Made by a program: the position numbers and the translations under genes
Part shown: piece by piece, positions 40,684 through 60,458 of the stretch
Position numbering within the stretch: position 1 is the first letter of the stretch
Layout of the letters: each line of letters begins with the position of its first letter
DNA from: the human T2T-CHM13v2.0 reference genome, Homo sapiens
Strand: one strand, 5' to 3'
Length of the DNA: 64,000 nucleotides
NCBI RefSeq assembly: GCF_009914755.1
Contig: NC_060935.1
The notes under the pieces: model-generated
What the model was told of the DNA's origin: nothing
Seen by the model: only the letters and a program-made list of their open reading frames with translations
Database searches by the model: none

Positions 40684-43545
40684 AAGAGTCTTAAAACTGT
40701 TTGGACAAGCAATTTATGTATTTACTATTGGATATAGTTTATATTGAGTGAATACATATTTATTTGTTTTGTAATATGTCTTAATATTATGCATTTATCA
40801 ACTATATTAGCACATAATATTGGATGAATAGATATGCATTTTATATTAATGTATATTCACATGTATTATATACATAGATTAGCATATGATATTGATTAAT
40901 ATATATACACTTACATGAACATGTAATTTATTACTTACAATTTTTATTTGTGTGTTTCTGTCTGTGTTTCCAGTGATAAGAGAGAGCAGCCTTAAGAAGT
41001 TGATGACACGGGGTGACCACCAGTTATCTTTTTCCTAGCTTCCACTGGTGACTTATCCAGCCCCTAACTTGTCATTAATAATTCTTGGGAATTTCAACAT
41101 TTCTATGGGAAACACTTTCAGTATTCTGGATTTTGCTTTATCAATTTCTACCGCATAATGTTGCTTCAGCTGTGCAGAAGTAGGCCTACACTTCAATATT
41201 TTTCCCTCTGAGTGTAATTCTGAAAGTCAGAATCCTTTTTACTCAATCACATTTCGTTACTTCTGCTAGATAAGCCAGTCCTGTCCTATCATTGTGACTT
41301 CTCTTACTCAGACTCTTCTCTACTATTTTGTTCCAGAAGCCCTACTCTCCCTTCCCTTTCTAGCTTATACTTTTTCATTTTAAATTGTTATTGTTTTATT
41401 TTTTAATGCTTATTACTTACAACTTTTATTTGTTAAAGTTAGATTACTTTGATTTATTATACTTGTATAGAAAGACGAGTGGGGAAGGCTGTTAATATTT
41501 ATTTAAAAAGTAACATGTGTTGAAAGTTATCCTAAGAATTTTGAAATAGTTATCTCATTCTGCAGGAGCACCCTAAAATATAGGTAGATGGTAATTATTT
41601 TCATGTCTAATAAGAAAATTGAGTCTCATTGAAGTAAAATTACTCAAAAAGACTGTGTAAGACATTGTTCCAAACTGCATGGTTTTATGATTTTGTTTCT
41701 GTGATTGATTGTGTTAGTCTACCAATTAATACTCAAAATTACTTGAAAATACTATGTAGACATTGATCTAAACTTCATGGTTTTATTTTGTTTTTGTGAT
41801 TTTGTTTATGTAATTGGTTTGTTTTAGTCTACCAATTAATACCTAGGTGATTTTTACCAAGCATTATATTCTTGTATTATCCACATTAAATGAGATAATG
41901 CACATAAATGATTTGTTTTTATAGAGCCTGGTACCAAGTGAATGCAAAATGGATGCTACCTTCAGTTTTTGTTATTAGCATGCTTTGAATGATTTTCAAT
42001 GTGAGTTCTTAATTCCAGTAATTCATTCCACCTTACTGAGTGCTTTTACAGTTAATACAGAAATAGCAAATGAATTATACTACTGCATATTTTTTAAAAA
42101 ACTGGGACACACAATATCTAGCTCCTTTTTTAACAAACAAAACATGCTGTCTTGCAATCAGATTACCTCTTAAATCTTCAATGTTTCTTTGTTATGATAC
42201 ATTATTAAATACATCAAATATGAGTCTGAGAAACTGATCTGATTGTGTGTAGCGCCTATCCTCTATCTTTTGTTTCTTGCCACTGCGCTAAAAAGAACTG
42301 CATGTCTTATAAGCAGGCAAGCTTATGATTTAAAACATTGTGCTAAAAATTACTTTGATCAAAATATTTCCTGTTTGGCTGCCACACACAAAGCAACTCA
42401 GTGCATTGTTCATTCTGACATTTATATTCCATAGACACCCTTAATTTAACAACAAAAAAGAACATCATGAGCAATAGCAATTATTTACTGGCTACTCTTG
42501 AATTTGTGCAATTAGCTCGGGGAAGGAAGATAATTTGCAAATATTTAATATCTTTACCCATTATTAATTTCTCCTCCTCTGAAGCATGGCTGAGGGCAGA
42601 GCTGGAGTTGATTATTATTTCAGCAAGTATATGCCATTGACATAAAGTTTCCTTAGAACAAACCCAGTTTTCTCCTGTTGAGTTTTCTTTTTTTTTTTAG
42701 AATATTTTTTGTTAGAATTTTCCTGTTAAGAGCTATTATAATTTTTCACAAAAGTTTTTTTAAAATTAGTTTTTGAAAAGAAATATTTTATAGGTCTACC
42801 AATACCATGAATCTCAATATAAAATAAATAAAAATATACCTGAGGTTAATAATTTTAATGTCAATTTCACTGTAAAAATTGTCACCCTTTGGATGAGGTG
42901 TTATGTTGCAAATTAACTCTTAAATAGCTTCTGAGAAGATTTCAAGACTATATTTCATTAATGTCTAACTGTGGAATTTGTGTTAATCTTGTTGAGACAT
43001 GGGTCTGGTTTGAGACAAGCACTGAATCTCAACGTGAGTTTTTGGCATCCATCAGGGAGATTGACTATTAGTACCAGGGAATCTTTTCATCCTAGGATTT
43101 TTCACCCCAGGGAATGCAAGAATAAAAGCTCATTTTCATCATTGTCAAGTATTTTTGAAAGCCCTTTTTTGAAACATCAAATCATATGCATCAGAGACAC
43201 ATAAGATACTTCCCTTTTGGTGTAGCATTCTCTCTAAACATCTCGGTTCTAAGGCAGAAAAAAATCAGTGTTCATATTAAGGTGGAATATACTAACTGTA
43301 ATGACTATTCATTATTTGGTATAAATGTTCAAGCTGTCTAGTCTATCAATAGAGATGCTGGATACTATTGTTTATGTTGTATCACTGTCACTTCCAATAA
43401 GCAATCAGTGGGCAGATACTTGAGTTATTTGGAAAAGAAGACAAATTAGATATCATTTCAATCCTGAGTCTGATTTAAATTGGTAAATCCTCAAAGATAC
43501 TTGATTTTTACATGAAACTTAGAAAGAAGTAAAATATTTGGTGTA

Positions 43546-43810
43546 ACCTACCTGTGTAGAGAGATCTGGCCAGGCCCAGACCCAAGGTTCCTGCCCGAAG
43601 CATGCTAGAGTTTTTCAAGGGTCTGAAGTCTCTGAAGACCTGCACACTGAATATGTTTGTTTCTAGCTCCCAGTCCCCAAGCTTGACAACAAGATTTTCC
43701 AAATAAAAATCAGATTCCCTGGGGAAAGAAAGACAAACAGCATTCATTAGCCAAGATTCCACTCAAAATTTTACCCAAAGAGTGAAATGTGGAGATTGCC
43801 TAGGGACTCA
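43546..43810 (-). promoter_or_regulatory. Candidate OR8J2 promoter and first non-coding exon
   Basis: O/E (EBF) consensus TCCCTGGGGA at 43716-43725; homeodomain TAATGA (minus) at 43744-43749; second O/E-like GCCTAGGGA near 43798; GC-richer segment ending in minus-strand donor CAG|GTAGGT at 43552/43551. Confidence 0.55.
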
Positions 43811-44520
43811 CTTAGATAATACTATTAAATAAAAAAAGAATGCAATTACTCCTATATAAAATGAGAATTGATACTGCTGGCCCTGGGTTGAAAAAATCAA
43901 TACATAGCAAGCACAGGATTCTGGCTCCAATGGTCAATTTCAATGTGAATATTGTGAACAGAACTAAATGTAACCCCCATATTCTGCATCAAGAGCAACT
44001 CCTGATACATAAGTCATAAAAACCAGGTGATATAAAACATAAATTCAACATGTGAGTGGTTATAAAAAGTGAATATCAACTTTTAATTAACTTCTTAATG
44101 TGACCAGAAGGGGTATTAATTAAAATTCTTGTTGTACTTATCATATATTTGGTCTTATTTCTAGGGATTAATTAAAATTATTTGGTTGGAAAATATGTTT
44201 TTTTATATGATGAGCCTGTGATATTCCCTCAAAGCATATAGAAGCATCTTAAGTAAATACTGATAGCATTTCTTTTTTTTTAACTTATTATGTGGAATTT
44301 TCTAGTCTGTAAGCATTGTAGATGCAAAAGGTATGTCTGCAGTTACATTCTAGACACTGTATTTCCATCACTCAAATTAAACAATACTTTTATATTATAT
44401 GGTTTATTATTTAAAATAATGGATCATTAGATACAACCTAAATTTTCACTTAACCAGCTTCTCCCATTTCCATTTCCTCCATTCTATTCAGAATTAACCA
44501 CTTTTGATTATCACAACCTT

Positions 44521-47500
44521 TTTTTTTTATTATTATACTTTAACTTCTGGGGTACGTGTGCAGAATGTGTAGGTTTGTTACATAGGTATACATGTGCCAT
44601 GGTGGTTTGCTGCACCCATCAACCTGTCATCTACATTAGGTATTTCTTTTAATGCTATCCCTCCCCTAGACCCCCAGACCCTGAAAGATCCTGGTGTGTG
44701 ATGCCATCCCCCCACCCACAACGTGTCCATGTGTCCTTATTGTTCAACTCCCACTTATGAGTGAGAACAGGTAGTGTTTGGTTTTCTGTTCTTGTGTTAG
44801 TTTGCTGAGAATCATGGTTTCCAGTTTCATTCATGTCCCTGCAAAGGACATGAACTCATTCTTTTTTCTAGCTGTATAGTATTCCATGGTGTATATGTAC
44901 CACATTTTCTTTATCCAGTCTATTATTGATGGCCATTTCAGTTGGTTGCAAATTTTTGCTATTGTAAATAGTGCTGCAATAAACACACATGGGCATGTCT
45001 TTTTACAGTAGAATGATTTTTAATCCTTAGGGTATATACCCAGTAATGGGATTGCTGGGTCAAATGGTATTTTTAGTTCTAGATGCTTGAGCAATCACCA
45101 CACTGTCTTCCACAACGGTTGAGCTAATTTACACTTCCACCAACAGTGTAAAAGCATTCCTATTTCTCCACATCCTCTCCAACAAGTTGTTTCCTGACTT
45201 TTTAATGATCGCCATTCTAACCTGCATGAGATGGCTATCTCATTGTGGTTTTGATTTGCATTTCCCTAATGAGCAGTGATGATGAGCATTTTTTCATGTT
45301 TGTTGGCTGCATAAATATCTTCTTTAGAGAAGTGTCTGTTCATATCCTTTGCTGATTTTTGATGTTTTTTTTTCGTGTAAATTTGTTTAGGTTCTTTGCA
45401 AATTCTGGATATTAGCCCTTTGTCAAAGATCAGATGGTTGTAGATGTGTGGAGTTATTTCTGAGGCCTCTGTTCTGTTTCACTGGTCTATATATCTGTTT
45501 TTGTGCCAGTACCATGCTGTTTTGGTTACCGTAGCTTTGTAGTATAGTTTGAAGTCAGGTAGTATGATGCCTCCAGCTTTGTTCATTTTGCTTAGGATTG
45601 TCTTGGCTATGCGGGCTCTTCTTTGGTTCCATATGAAATTTAAAGTAGTCTTTTCCAACTCTGTGAAGAAAGTCAATGGTACCTTGATGGGGACAGCACT
45701 GATTCTATAAATTATTTTGGGTAGTATGACCATTTACACTATACTGATTCTTCCTATCCATTAGCATGGAATGTTTTTCCATTTGTTTGTGTTGTATCAT
45801 ATTTCCTTGAGCAGTGTTTTGTAGTTCTCTTTGAAGAGGTCCTTCACATTGCTTGTATGTTGTATTCCAAGGTATTTTATTCTCTTAATAGCAATTGTGA
45901 ATGGGAGTTCATTCATTATTTGGCTGTTTGTCTGTTTTTGGTGTATGGAAATACTTGTGATTTTTGCACATTGATTTTATATCCTCAGACTTTGCTGAAG
46001 TTGCTTATCAGCTTAAGGAGATTTTGAGCTGAGATGATGGGGTTTTCTAAAAATATACAATCATGTCATCTGCCAACAGAGACAATTTGACTTCCTCTCT
46101 TCCTATGGAATACAATTTATTTCTTTCTCTTGCCTGATTGCCCTGGCCAGAATTTCCAATACTTTGTTGAATAGGGTTGGTAAGAGAGGGAATCCTTGTC
46201 TTGTGCCAGTTTTCAAAGGTAATGCTTCCAGGTTTTGCCAATTCAGTATGATATTGGCTGTGGGTTTGTCATAAATAGCTCTTATTATTTTGAGATACGT
46301 TCCATCAAAAACTAGTTTATTGAGAGTCTTTAGCATGAAGGACTGTTGAATTTTGTTGAAGGCCTTTTCTGCATCTATTGAGATAATCATGTGGTTTTTG
46401 TCATTGGTTCTGTTTATGTGATGGATTATGTTTATTGATTTGTGTATGTTGAGCCAGCTTTGCATCCCAGGGATGAAGCCTACTTGATCGTGGTGTATAC
46501 GCTTTTTGATGTGCTGCTGGATTCAGTTTGCCAGTATTTATTGAGGATTTTCACATTGATGTTCATCAGGGATATTGGCCTAAAATTTTCTTTTGTGTTG
46601 TGTCGCTGCCAGGTTTATCAGGATTACATTGGCCTCGTAAAATGAGTTAGGGAGAATTCCCTCTTTTTCTATTGATTGGAATAGTTTCAGAAGGAATGGT
46701 ACCAGCTCCTTTTTGTACCTCTGGTAGAATTTGGCTGTGAATCCATCTGGTCCTGGATTTATTTTGGGGGTTGGTAGACTATTAATTACTGCCTTAATTT
46801 CAGAACTTGTTATTGTTCTATTCAGGGATTCAACTTCTTCCTGATTTAGTCTTGGGAGGGTGTATGTGTCCAGGAATTTGTCCATTTCTTCTAGATTTTC
46901 TAGTATATTTGCATAGAGGTGTTTATAGTATTCTCTGATGGTAGTTTGTATTTCTGTGGGATCAGTGGTGATATCCCCTTTATCATTTTTTATTGCATCT
47001 ATTTGATTCTTCTCTCATTTCTTCTTTATTAGTCTGGCTAGTGAGCTATCTATTTTGTTGATCTTTTCAAAAAACAAGCTCCTGGATTCATTGATTTTTT
47101 GAAGGGTTTTTCATGTCTCTATCTCCTTCAGTTCTGCTCTGATCTTAGTTATTTCTTGTCTTCTGCTAGCTTTTGAATTTGTTTGCGCTTGCTTCTCTAA
47201 TTACTTTAATTGTGATGTTAGGGTGTCAATTTTAGATCTTTCCTGCTTTCTCTTGTGGGCATTTAGTGCTACAATTTTCCCTCTATACACTGCTTTAAAT
47301 GTGCCCCAGAGATTCTGGTATGTTGTGTCTTTGTTCTAATTGGTTTCAAAGAACATCTTAGATTCCCACACAATAATAGTGGGAGACTTTAACACCTCAC
47401 TGTCAATATTAGACAGATCAATGAGACAGAAAATTAACAAGGATTTCCAGGACTTGAACTCGGCTCTGGACCAAGAGGACCTAATAGACATCTACAGAAC

Positions 47501-47757
47501 TCTCCACCCCAAATCAACAGAATATGCATTCTTCTCAGCACCACATCACACTTATTCTAAAATTAACCACATAATTGTAAGTAAAACAAATTCAAAAGAA
47601 TGGAAATCATAACAAACAGTCTCTCAGACCACAGTGCAATCAAATTAGAACTCAGGATTAACATATTCATTCAAAACCACACAACTACATGGAAACTGAA
47701 CAACCTGCTCCTGAGAAACTACTGGGTAAATAACGAAATTAAGGCAGAAATAAAGAC
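44521..47757 (-). mobile_element. L1PA6/7-like element with 5' inversion (twin priming)
   Basis: Minus-strand 3' UTR/ORF2 at 44521-47359 joined to a plus-strand ORF2 endonuclease segment at 47360-47756; TSD TATCACAACCTTT at 44509-44521 and 47758-47770. Confidence 0.92.
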
Positions 47758-47816
47758 TATCACAACCTTTCATTCTCTTTTCAAGAGAGATTTATCATCT
47801 TAAAAATTGTAAGTGT

Positions 47817-53972
<6,156 letters not shown>

Positions 53973-56131
53973 AAAAATGGTAAGTGTATATGGCAGTAAT
54001 CTTACCTATACGGGCAACAACAACAAAAAATAGATAAATACAGAACCTCTCTAGAACTTAATCCACTGGCGTGACTGAAATGCTATACCTGTTTTATAGT
54101 AACTCTCCATTTATTCCTGCTTCCTAGCCCCAGCACCTGGAAACCCCCATTCTCCTCTGTGTTTATGCATTTGATTATTTTGCATACCTTATATAAGTGA
54201 CATCACAGCGTACTGGTCCTTTTGTGATGGACTTATTTTACTTAACACAATGTCTTCAAGGTTAATAAATTCTGTCTAGTTTTTAAAATAAATCAATTTA
54301 CTATTATATTTTTGGTAAATAAACGTTATGTATCATTTCTACTTATGTAGTTTTAAATTTATGTGAGGGAATTTATGATGTCTACATCATTTTTGATTGA
54401 CTTATTTTTTCTTCAAAGAATATGATTTTGTTATTTACATATCTTGATTGTTATAGATTTGTTTATGCATTTAAACTAGATTAAAAAATTGGTTGTGTTG
54501 AGTCTTCTATATTACATGAAACAATGTAACTCACATCTTTTTAGTCCTCATTTTTCTCTCATACAATATTCTATCAAGTCTGTACACTTGGATGACGCTT
54601 GGAAATTGTTAGGCCACATAGTGTCAATATTTTCAAATCTGTTAGATGCAACAAAAATTTTTTGGTATTTCTATTTATAATATATGTTAGTACTTACATT
54701 TGCAAATATTTAATGTTCATACAGCCAGGAAAAAGTTGGGGATATTTTTCCACTCACACCTCTAGCAGTTTTAATAATTCCAGGAAGCTCCTATTTTGGT
54801 AAATAAAGGAAGCAATAAAATATCATTAAAATTTTACTTTGAACAATAATTAAAAATACATTTAGTCTACCGGACAACTGAATAGCCACACAAAAATTAA
54901 TAAAGAAGAACCACTACATCTAATTATACACAAAAATTAACTTCAAATCAACACCCTAAATATAAAAGTAAAATGATAAAACTCTTAGAAGACAACATAG
55001 GTGTAAATCTTCACGACCTTCTTTGTGTTTGGCAATAGATTCCTAAACATGCTACCCCAGCTACAAGCAACAACAGCAGAAAATTTATAAATCAAGCTTC
55101 ATCAAAATTAAAAATATTTCCTCATCAAAGGACATTATAAAGACAGTGAAAAGACAACCTAAAAAGTGGAAGGGAAAATTTTCAAATAATACATTTGATA
55201 GGTATTAGATAACTAGAATACATAAAAAAAACTCCCACAACTCAACAATAAGGAGTCAAATAACCTCAGAAGTCTACTTAAAAATGACAAAAATACTTGA
55301 ATAAAATTTTCTCCAGAGAGATAAACAAATGCCCAATAAAAACATGAAAGTTACTCAACATTAGTTATTAGAGAATTGTAAATGAGAATCACAATGAAAT
55401 ACCACTTCATATCAATCAGAATGGAAGACAGAAAATAGCAAACGTTGGTGAGGATGTGGATAAACTTATACCCTCGTGCTTTGCTGTTGGGAATGTAAAT
55501 GTAAAATCATTCAGGTACTAAGCTACTATACAAAGCAGTTTGGCAGTTCCTCAAAAAGTTAAACATAGAATTACCATATGACTACAATTCCACTACAAGA
55601 TATATACCCAGGTAATCAAACAAAGTCATGTAGAGGCAGCTCTACTCACATTAGCCAAGAGGTTAAGAAAAACAAAGTCAAAATTTCCATCAACAGATAA
55701 ATGGATACACAAATTGCGATATATGCATACAGTAGGATATTATCCCTCTCTGTAAAATAAATATAGCTTTTGAATAAAATAGAATAAACTTAACTAAGGA
55801 GGAGGAAGGTGTGTAGACTGAAAACTACAAAACATTTGTGAAATAAATTCAAGAATATAACAAATGGAAAGTCATCCTAGGTTCATGAATTGGAGAACTT
55901 AATATTGTTAAAATGCCTATTCTATCCAAAGCGCTTTGCAGGTTCAATGAAATCTCCAAAACCCCAGACATGGTTTACAGTAACAGAAAAAAAGAAAGCC
56001 CTAAATTTTATATGGAACCACAAAACACCCTGAGTAGTCAAAATAATCTAGAAGACGAAGAACAAAACTGGAGGTTCCATATTTTCTAATTTCAAAATAT
56101 ATTACAAATCTGCCGTAATTAAAACTGCACA

Positions 56132-56443
56132 GGACAAAACATAGTGTTTCACGCCTATAGTGCCAGCAATTTGGAAGGCTGAGGAAAGTGGATTGCTTGA
56201 GGCCAGAAGTTCAAAACCAGTCTTGGCAACATAATTAGATCTCATCTCTACAAAAAATAAAATAACATAAAAATTACCTGGGCATGGTGATATGCACCTC
56301 TAGTCCCAGCTTTTTGGGAGGCTGAGGCAGGAGGATCTCTTAAATCCAGAACGTTGTCTGCAGTGAACCACAATCAGGCCACTGCACCAGTGCACTCCAG
56401 CCTGGGTGACACATTGAGACTCTGCCTCAAAAAAATAACAAAA
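56132..56443 (+). mobile_element. AluJ
   Basis: Diverged Alu with AluJ-type GGAGGATC; short TSD AAAACTG within L1 ORF2. Confidence 0.88.
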
Positions 56444-57850
56444 CAAAACTGTATGGTACTTACATACAGACTGACATATAGACCACTGGAAGATAGAGAG
56501 AGATCAAAAGAACAAATCCACATATATATGGTCCACATCTTCGACAGGGCTCCTAACACAGAGTAAAGGAGAGTCTCTTCAACAAACGGTTCTGGGAAAA
56601 CTGGATATAAACACGCAAAAGAATAAAATTGGGCCCTTATCTAATTATACTCAAAAGTCAACTCAAAATGGATTAAACATAAGACCTGAAAATTCAAAAC
56701 TCCTAGGAGAAAAGATAGAGAAAATTTTTATTACATTAGTCTTGGGAATGATTGCTTGAAGATGATACCAAAAGTACAGACAGCAAAATAAAAACAAAAT
56801 TGACAAGTTGGAATTTATCAAACTAAAAAACTTCTGCATAGTTAAGGAAACAATCAACACAGTGTATATACAGTATACAAAATGGGAGAAAATATTTGCA
56901 AACCATATATCTGATAAGGGTTTAACTTCTAAAATATATTAAAAACTCCTACAACTCTATATCGACAAACAAACAAACAAAAAATCCTAATGACCCAATT
57001 GAAAACAGGCTAAAGACATGAATTGACATTTCTTCAAAGAAGAGATACAAATGACCAACAGATATATGAAAAGATACTCAAGATCACCACTCAGGAGGAA
57101 AATGCAAATCAACACCACAATGAAATATCACCTTATACCTGTGAGGATGTGTGAGGATGATAATTATTAAAAAGAAAATAAAAGACAGCAATTATTGAAA
57201 AAAATATGAAGAAGTTAGGACCCTTGAAATTTTTCAATGAAAAGCAAAATGGTGCAGACACTATGGAAACTGCTAAAAAAATATAGAACTACCATATCAT
57301 CCAATAATCTCTCCAAATTTGGGGTATTTATCCAAAAGAGTTTATATTACAATATCAAAAAGATATTAGAACACCCATGTTCATGCAGCATTATTCAAAA
57401 TAGCCAAGAGGTGGAAACAATCTCAGAGTCCATTGATGGATGAATGGGTAAAGGAAATGTGGCATATACATGCAATGGCATATTATTCAGCCTTAAAATA
57501 TGGGCATCTTGCAATATAGGAGAACATGGATTAACCTGGAGGACATTATACTAAATGAAACAAACCAGTAACAAAATAATAAATACTGCATGATTCCATT
57601 TATAGGAAGAATCTATAAAATACTCAAACTTATAGAACCAGAAAGTAGAATGGCAGTTTCAACGGACTAGGAGCTGGGAGAAATGGGGAGTTTTTAATCA
57701 ACAGGTATAAAGTCTCAATATGCAAGATAAATAAGTTCTAAGGATCTACTTCCAACATTGTGCCTATAATTAAAAGTAATGTAAACTTACAAATGTTAGA
57801 GGGTATATTTCATGTAAAGCACAATAAAACACAATTTAAAAAATAAAAGA

Positions 57851-58242
<392 letters not shown>

Positions 58243-59627
58243 TCAAATAATGTTTGAAAACATTATGCTAAGTGAAAGCAGAACAGGAAGCAAAGGTCAC
58301 TTTTCTATGGTTCCTTTATAAGAAATATCCAGAATAGGAAAATACAGACATGGAGCACAGATTTTGGGGGGCTGGAGTAAGTGAGAACTGGGGAGAAACT
58401 ACTTATTGTGTACTTCTTACTGATGGACGTGTTCTGGAGCTAGACAGAGGTGGTGATTGCACAATATTGTGAATGTAGTAATTGCCACTGAATTAATTAT
58501 TCCCATAAATAGTTAATTTTATCACATGGGAATTTTACCTTAATATATTATTTTTAAATGAGTTTAGATATAATTTTACATGTTGTGTGCCTTTTTAAAT
58601 TAAGTCCCAACTTTTATTTTGCCCATGTAACTGATGTGTATTCTTGATAACAAATTGTGTCTGATACATGAAAAGAAATTGTTTATTTTATGAAAGCTTT
58701 TAGTTTATAAAGTTTCAAATTTAGTGTACTCACCTTAGTTTGTATTTGCTAGCAAATTACCCAAAAGTGTTTGAGTGTTTTCTATCATTTCACATTTACA
58801 TTTTCTAGATTATTATTAAAGTATATCCATTGTCCATAAGAGGTTTCACCTTTTATGAATTTTATCCATGTATATTTTATGCATTGTGCTATAAATTTTA
58901 TTATGAATTAACTCAACAAATGAATGATTGTATCTATTTTCCCAAGTCTGTAGTTTGGTTTTTTATTATATTTTTGGTACTTTTTGTCATGCAGACTTTA
59001 CAATTTTTAAAGAATGAAAACAATCTTTCTGATTTTAAGTGGTGTTTAAAGATCTCTTCTATTCTAAAACATACACACAAGCACACACACGCCACACATA
59101 TGCACACAGGGGCTGTCCTCATTTGCATGATTTTGCACACACATATGATGAATATCAATGACCATAACTTAATTTTGACTTTTGAAGTAAGGAATCACAT
59201 AATATCAGAGGACAGAGCCTCCAAACAGGAGAAAATAAATGCAGATGTATTATGTAGAAATATTCTGTGGGAGGATATGCTCTATATTTATACTTTTGAA
59301 GTGTGATTTAGATGTATTAATCATATTTTAGCAAAATATTCAAAATATTCATTATATGGAGATGAAAGAAAACAATACACATTTTTAAGTAAAGGTTACA
59401 AACATAAATGCCTGTGAATGTGCATTTTTGTGTATATCAATGACTATCAGCATGTATGTACATGTATACGTGAACATATGTATATGTATACATACATAAA
59501 GAAAATAGATGACACAGATTTTTCTACATGTAAGAACAGCATAGGTACAGGGTCACTTATGATCTTTATTTTAAAACGTCCAAGAAAAAAAACAGGATTA
59601 CACTAATAAATTAAACATTTTTATTAT

Positions 59628-60406
59628 CGTCTAGGGAAAACTCTTGCTAACCAGGTTTTTCCTCTACTGTCATACCACAACAATCATCAACACAGAAGAC
59701 TTCTGTGATCAAATGGGTAGGGATTTCTTCCTCCCACACCACGTGGTAATCACCAACTGGGTATCCTCTAATTCAGTTGCAACACTATCTACCCAGAGAT
59801 AGTGTCAGATCCCATAGGTTGAGGGTTCAGTCCCCAAAACTGCCCCCTGACAACACCAGTCACAAATTCGGGTCTCTGAAACTTTGACCAACCTGCTTCA
59901 AGTTGGATCTCCCATGACCCCCTCTTTGGGTTTCATTAAATTACTGAAGCAGCTCACAAAACTCAGGGAAACATATTACTGGCTTATTGAAAAGGATATT
60001 GCAAAGGACACTGGTGAAGGGATGTGTAGGGCAAAGTATAAGGAAAGGGGTGCAGAGTTTCCATGCCCTCCCTGACCATGCCACCCTCTAGGAACTTCCA
60101 TTTGTTCTGCTCCCCAGAAGCTCACTGAACCCTATCCTCCTAGGTTCTATGGAAGCTTCAAGGCATCAGCATTCCCTCCCCAAAGGTATAGGGTGGGACT
60201 CTCTCATGGGAGAGTCTTAAGATTCACAATCAGTGAGGCAGACATTGGAACCCAGCCTTGGTGCAAGTGAAAGGAGGGCAGGAGAAGGTAAAAGGCCTGC
60301 CCCTGAGGTATAACACCCAACATTATAACAAAAGACTGTAACAAAGGCTATGGGAATTATGAGCCAGGAACCCTGGATGGAAACCAACATATATCATAAC
60401 ACCACA
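59628..60406 (-). mobile_element. MER21-family solo LTR
   Basis: Minus strand begins TGTGGTGTTATGATATATGTTGGTTTCCATCCAGGGTTCCTGGCTCATAA and ends ...GAGTTTTCCCTAGACG. Confidence 0.85.
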
Positions 60407-60458
60407 ATGACACATTCTTGGTATTGAGGTGCAGAGTATCACCCTCACCTTTTATAAT

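Noticed and set aside
58830-59306. 158-aa ORF
   Set aside because: Non-ATG start, AT-rich low-complexity composition, no recognisable domain.
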